Assembly (NCBI GenBank): GCA_035259985.1
Contig: DATFVX010000047.1
Span: forward strand, 1 to 39,646
Direction: 5' to 3'
Source of the DNA: Acidimicrobiales bacterium
GTDB taxonomy: Bacteria; Actinomycetota; Acidimicrobiia; Acidimicrobiales; VFJN01
Length of the DNA: 39,646 nt
Shown: positions 35,268 to 39,646 of the stretch, piece by piece
Numbering within the stretch: the first letter of the stretch is position 1
Layout of the letters: each line of letters starts with the position of its first letter
The notes under the pieces: model-generated
What the model was told of the DNA's origin: nothing
The model's input: only the letters and a program-made list of their open reading frames with translations
Database searches by the model: none
Position numbers and translations under genes: made by a program

Positions 35268-35511
35268 GCCCGTGGGTTGCCGGAACCCATTGCCTCCGGT
35301 GCAGGAGGAACGGCCGGCGACGCCACCCGAGGCAATAGGTTCCGCCCACCCGAGCCCGAGGTCATAGGTTCCGCCACCGGAACCCATCGCCTCGCCCGTC
35401 GATTGCCGGAACCCAATGCCTCCGGTGCAGCAGGAGCGGGCGAGGGACTGACCAACGGTTGCCGTTGGTCATTGCCGCGGGCCCGCACGACCGTTCGTCA
35501 TTGCCTCGGGC
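35268..35511. repeat. Repeat-dense intergenic region: 42-nt direct repeat (x2), 15-17-nt motif CCGGAACCCAWTGCC in both orientations (x5), hairpin and 15-nt direct repeats
   Basis: The 42-nt direct repeat copies are A1 at 35268-35309 and A2 at 35394-35436. Forward motif copies lie at about 35280, 35377 and 35406, and reverse copies (GGCAATAGGTTCCGCC, GGTCATAGGTTCCGCC) at about 35331 and 35359. There is a hairpin GACCAACGG-TTG-CCGTTGGTC at 35450-35470. TCATTGCC(G/T)CGGGCC occurs at 35469 and 35497. Confidence 0.85.
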
Positions 35512-35524
35512 CTGGAGCGGTGCG

Positions 35525-36373
<849 letters not shown>

Positions 36374-36386
36374 CGCGAGGACACCG

Positions 36387-36788
36387 ATGGCACAGACCGT
36401 GTTCGACTCACTCGACGAGGTCCGGGCCGCCGTCGGCCGCCGCCTCGGTGTCAGCGACTGGCTCGAGATCACGGCGGATCGCCTGGGGGGCTTCGCCGCC
36501 GCTACCGGCGACCGCGACCACGTCCATCTCGCCCTGGCGCTGACCAACCTGTTCCTCCCACAGGTCGTGGAGGTCCGCGGCGCATCCCTGGGCGTCAACT
36601 ACGGCACGGGCAGCGTGCGGTTCGGCGCGCCCCTGCGCGCCGGCACGCGGGTGCGCGGCACGGCCGAGCTGGCGGCCTGTGACGAGATCGCGGGTGGGGT
36701 GCAGACGACGATCCTCATCACCGTCGAGGTCGAGGGCGCCGACCGACCGGCCTGCGTGGTCGAGTCCCTGAGCCGCTGGCTCGCCTAG
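36387..36788 (+). CDS. MaoC-like (hotdog fold) dehydratase family protein
   Basis: 133 aa directly downstream of the SDR gene. It shows a hotdog-fold pattern with the conserved D-x4-H catalytic-type spacing (GDRDHVH) and VRFGAPLRAGTRVRG. Confidence 0.75.
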   Translation: MAQTVFDSLDEVRAAVGRRLGVSDWLEITADRLGGFAAATGDRDHVHLALALTNLFLPQVVEVRGASLGVNYGTGSVRFGAPLRAGTRVRGTAELAACDEIAGGVQTTILITVEVEGADRPACVVESLSRWLA

Positions 36789-36790
36789 CG

Positions 36791-36807
36791 GGCGCACTTC
36801 GTGCGCC
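36791..36807 (+). terminator. Hairpin after the MaoC-like gene
   Basis: GGCGCAC-TTC-GTGCGCC starts 3 nt after the stop codon. There is no U-tract. Confidence 0.4.
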
Positions 36808-36902
36808 GCGGGTCGTCCCGGTTTGGGGACCGGTCTCGCGGCGTGGTAGTTAAACGGATCGCAATGCCCGAAGCCTGAATTTTGACGGTGCCAAATCCCT
36901 TC

Positions 36903-37646
36903 ATGCAGAACGACTTCACCCGCTCGGAACGCGAGGCGCTCAAGGCGATCTATCGCTTCACCCGCGACGGCTCCGAGGCACACACCGGGACGCTGGCCGA
37001 ACGGCTCGGGCTGTCCCCGGGGACGGTGACCACGCTGGTCAAGCGGCTGGCCGACCGAGGACTCGTCGACCACCGCCCGTACCAGGGCGTGCGGTTCACC
37101 GCCGACGGGCGGCGGGCGGCGGTCGCGGCCATCCGGGTCCACCGGATCGTCGAGCGCTTCCTCGCCGACATGCTCGGCTACGCGTGGAACGAGGCCGACG
37201 CGCTGGCGGTGGCGTTCGAGCACGACCTTCCCGACGAGGTGATCGACCGGCTCTACGTGGCCCTGCACCGGCCGGAGACCTGCCCGCACGGGTTCCCGAT
37301 TCCCATCGCCGAGGCCGACGAACTGCCCAACACGCCCGAGCTCTACGACCTTGAGCCCGGAGACGTGGCGGAGGTGGCGGTGTCGGGGTCGACCGACGCC
37401 GAGATCCTGTCGTTCCTCGGAACGCTCGGTGTCGTGCCCGGGGTGCAGGTGACGGTCGTCGAGAAGCATCCGTTCGACGGGCCGCTCGTGGTCGAGATAG
37501 ACGGGCAGACCCGCACCATCGGCGAGCGCGTCGCTCGCCAGGTGTACGTGACCAGGCGCATACAGGCCGACGAGGGGCGGCGGGTCAACGGTGCGCGACC
37601 GGCTGACGGGCGTACGGCCGACGCCCAGTCGGCGGACAGCCAGTAA
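36903..37646 (+). CDS. DtxR/IdeR/MntR-family metal-dependent transcriptional regulator with C-terminal FeoA/SH3-like domain
   Basis: HTH TGTLAERLGLSPGTVTTLVKRLADRGLV, dimerisation/metal helix VHRIVERFLADMLGYAWNEADALAVAFEHDL, C-terminal domain LEPGDVAEVAV...VVPGVQVTVVEK. The start is ATG 36903 or TTG 36882. Confidence 0.85.
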   Translation: MQNDFTRSEREALKAIYRFTRDGSEAHTGTLAERLGLSPGTVTTLVKRLADRGLVDHRPYQGVRFTADGRRAAVAAIRVHRIVERFLADMLGYAWNEADALAVAFEHDLPDEVIDRLYVALHRPETCPHGFPIPIAEADELPNTPELYDLEPGDVAEVAVSGSTDAEILSFLGTLGVVPGVQVTVVEKHPFDGPLVVEIDGQTRTIGERVARQVYVTRRIQADEGRRVNGARPADGRTADAQSADSQ

Positions 37647-37669
37647 CCAGAGGAGAGGGACGTAGGACG

Positions 37670-39646
37670 ATGGTGTCGCTACTCGCCGCGGAAGGCGGTT
37701 ACCAGGAGTTCACCCTGCGGGGTGGTGAGTGGTTCATCCTGATCGGCGCGGCGTTGACGGCGCTCCTCGCCATCGGGACCGGCTTCGTGCTCATGCGCAG
37801 GGTGCTCGAGGCCGACGAGGGCACCCCGAAGATGATCGAGATCGCCAAGGCGATCCAAGAGGGTGCGCTCGCCTACCTCAAGCGGCAGTTCCGCACGATC
37901 GCATTCATCCTCGTGCCGCTCGCCGTGATCGTCTTCGTCACGTCGGTCGCCGTCGAGAAGCCGAACGGCGTGGAGGCGCTGTCGTTCGCCGAGTCGGGCA
38001 CGTGGCGCACGCTGGCGTTCCTCGCCGGGTGTGTCATGTCCGGGCTCACCGGGTTCATCGGCATGAGCCTGGCCGTGCGGGGCAACGTGCGCACGGCCGC
38101 CGCCGCGCGCAGGGGCGAGATGGCCCCGGCGCTGCAGGTGGCGTTCCGCACCGGCGGTGTCGCCGGCATGTTCTGCGTGGGCCTGGGCCTCATCGGCGCC
38201 ACGCTCATCATGATGGCGTTCCAGAACACGAGCTCGGCCATCCTGGTCGGGTTCGGGTTCGGCGGCTCGCTGCTCGCCCTGTTCCTTCGGGTGGGCGGCG
38301 GCATCTTCACCAAGGCGGCCGACGTCGGCGCCGACCTGGTCGGCAAGGTCGAGGCCGGCATTCCCGAGGACGATCCCCGCAACCCGGCCACCATCGCCGA
38401 CAACGTGGGCGACAACGTCGGCGACTGCGCCGGCATGGCGGCCGACCTGTTCGAGTCCTACGAGGTGACCCTCGTGGCGTCGATCATCCTCGGCGTCCCG
38501 GCGTTCCAGCGCATCTTCCCCGACCAGCCCGGGCTGTGGGCGGCCGGCGCGCTGTTCCCGCTGGCCGCCCGTGCGCTGGGCGTGCTGGCGTCGATCGTCG
38601 GTGTGTTCGCCGTGCGCGCACGCTCCAGTGACAAGACCGCGATGGCGCCCATCAACCGGGGCTTCCTCACCGCGGGGATCCTCACCGTGGTCGGCACGCT
38701 GGTGGTGGCGCTGGTCTACATCGGCGACCCCGACGGGCTCGTCAGCAACGTGGGCCTGCGGATGTTCGGGGCCGTGGTGATCGGCCTGGTGCTCGCGCAG
38801 GTCGTCAGCCGCATCACGGAGTACTTCACGTCCACCGAGCGGGCCCCGGTGCGGGAGATCGCCGACGCTGCGGAGACCGGGCCCGCCACCACGGTGCTGG
38901 CCGGTACTTCGTCGGGCCTCGAGTCGTCGGTCTGGGCCATCGTGGCCATCGCGATCGCCCTCGGCGCAGGGATCGGGCTGGGCAGTGGAGACACGCAGTT
39001 CACGCTGTACCTCGTGGCCCTCACCGGCATGGGCATGCTGGCGACCACCGGCGTGGTGGTCTCGGAGGACACGTTCGGGCCGGTCGCCGACAACGCCGCC
39101 GGCATCGCCGAGATGTCGGGCGAGTTCAAGGGCGAGGCCGAGCGCGTGATGGTGAGCCTCGACGCCGTCGGCAACACCACCAAGGCCGTGACCAAGGGCT
39201 TCGCGATCGGCTCGGCGGTGATCGCCGCCGTGGCGCTGTTCGCCAGCTTCGTCGAGACGTCGGCCAACGAGATCCTGGCCGTCGGCGTCATCGAGCGCCT
39301 CCAGGACACCGCCGAGGGCATCTTCAGCGTCATCCAGATCAACGTGGCCAACCCGAAGATCTTCATCGGCCTGCTGATCGGCGGCGCCGTGCCGTTCCTG
39401 TTCTCGGGGCTCGCCATCCGGGCGGTGGGCCGCACCGCCGGGGTGGTCGTGCAGGAGGTCCGCCGCCAGTTCGCCGACGGCAAGATCATGTCGGGCGAGA
39501 AGCGGCCCGACTACGCGCCGGTGATCGACATCTGCACCGCGGCGTCGCTGCGCGAGCTCGCCACGCCCGCACTGCTGGCCGTCCTGACGCCGGTCATCAT
39601 CGGCTTCGGCATCGGCTACACGGCCCTTGGTGGGTTCCTGGCGGCG
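37670..39646 (+). CDS. hppA: Membrane-bound proton-translocating pyrophosphatase, K+-independent type; 3' end beyond the window
   Basis: This ORF is not in the track because it has no stop in the window. ATG at 37670 follows AGGAGAGGGA. Contains AIQEGALAYLKRQF, GGGIFTKAADVGADLVGKVE and DNVGDNVGDCAGMAADLFES. GNTTKAVTKG has Lys at the position that is Ala in K+-dependent enzymes. Confidence 0.93.
   Translation, partial: MVSLLAAEGGYQEFTLRGGEWFILIGAALTALLAIGTGFVLMRRVLEADEGTPKMIEIAKAIQEGALAYLKRQFRTIAFILVPLAVIVFVTSVAVEKPNGVEALSFAESGTWRTLAFLAGCVMSGLTGFIGMSLAVRGNVRTAAAARRGEMAPALQVAFRTGGVAGMFCVGLGLIGATLIMMAFQNTSSAILVGFGFGGSLLALFLRVGGGIFTKAADVGADLVGKVEAGIPEDDPRNPATIADNVGDNVGDCAGMAADLFESYEVTLVASIILGVPAFQRIFPDQPGLWAAGALFPLAARALGVLASIVGVFAVRARSSDKTAMAPINRGFLTAGILTVVGTLVVALVYIGDPDGLVSNVGLRMFGAVVIGLVLAQVVSRITEYFTSTERAPVREIADAAETGPATTVLAGTSSGLESSVWAIVAIAIALGAGIGLGSGDTQFTLYLVALTGMGMLATTGVVVSEDTFGPVADNAAGIAEMSGEFKGEAERVMVSLDAVGNTTKAVTKGFAIGSAVIAAVALFASFVETSANEILAVGVIERLQDTAEGIFSVIQINVANPKIFIGLLIGGAVPFLFSGLAIRAVGRTAGVVVQEVRRQFADGKIMSGEKRPDYAPVIDICTAASLRELATPALLAVLTPVIIGFGIGYTALGGFLAA

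Noticed and set aside
37729-38631. 300-aa plus-strand Arg-rich ORF, plus the minus-strand ORFs at 37873-39489
   Set aside because: They are out of frame with or antisense to the open-ended H+-PPase frame, which contains the family signature motifs.

Overview
This is a high-GC (about 70% by eye) actinobacterial-type chromosomal window, mostly core genes in conserved syntenic blocks. The many long Arg/Pro/Gly-rich ORFs in the track are frame or antisense shadows of real genes. In order, the window holds: (1) the 3' part of a group 1/2 sigma-70 gene and a ClC/CBS chloride channel; (2) a HAD-IB hydrolase, a Tad/Flp pilus operon (Ssd/TadZ-like, CpaF, TadB, TadC, Flp/DUF4244 pilin, TadE-like) and a convergent DEAD/DEAH helicase with DUF1998, an arrangement recalled from the mycobacterial Rv3661-Rv3649 region; (3) a STAS plus RsbW-like partner-switching pair, a lipoprotein and an acyl-CoA dehydrogenase; (4) the block recR-ybaB-dnaX-ffs (SRP RNA) and tRNA-Ser(GGA); (5) a lower-GC secreted protein, a VIT-family transporter, the tRNA deaminase tadA, a small Cys/His protein, a MocR-type regulator and tRNA-Ser(CGA); (6) a VOC protein and a Tat-lipoprotein phosphoesterase; (7) a 1504-aa SF1 (UPF1/DNA2-like) helicase fused to a C-terminal PD-(D/E)XK (DUF559-like) nuclease; (8) csoR divergent from nfo, an ABC exporter, an 857-aa spermidine-synthase-like membrane protein, acyl-CoA dehydrogenase/SDR/MaoC lipid genes, a DtxR-family regulator, and a 3'-open H+-pyrophosphatase gene that is absent from the ORF track because it has no stop in the window. 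The observations most worth a second look are the solitary giant helicase-nuclease and its structured 540-bp upstream region, a 68-bp tandem repeat that reiterates the ffs 3' terminator upstream of dnaX, a repeat-dense intergenic region at 35.2-35.5 kb, and a CsoR-type box shared by csoR and nfo. No CRISPR array, transposase or integrase was seen.
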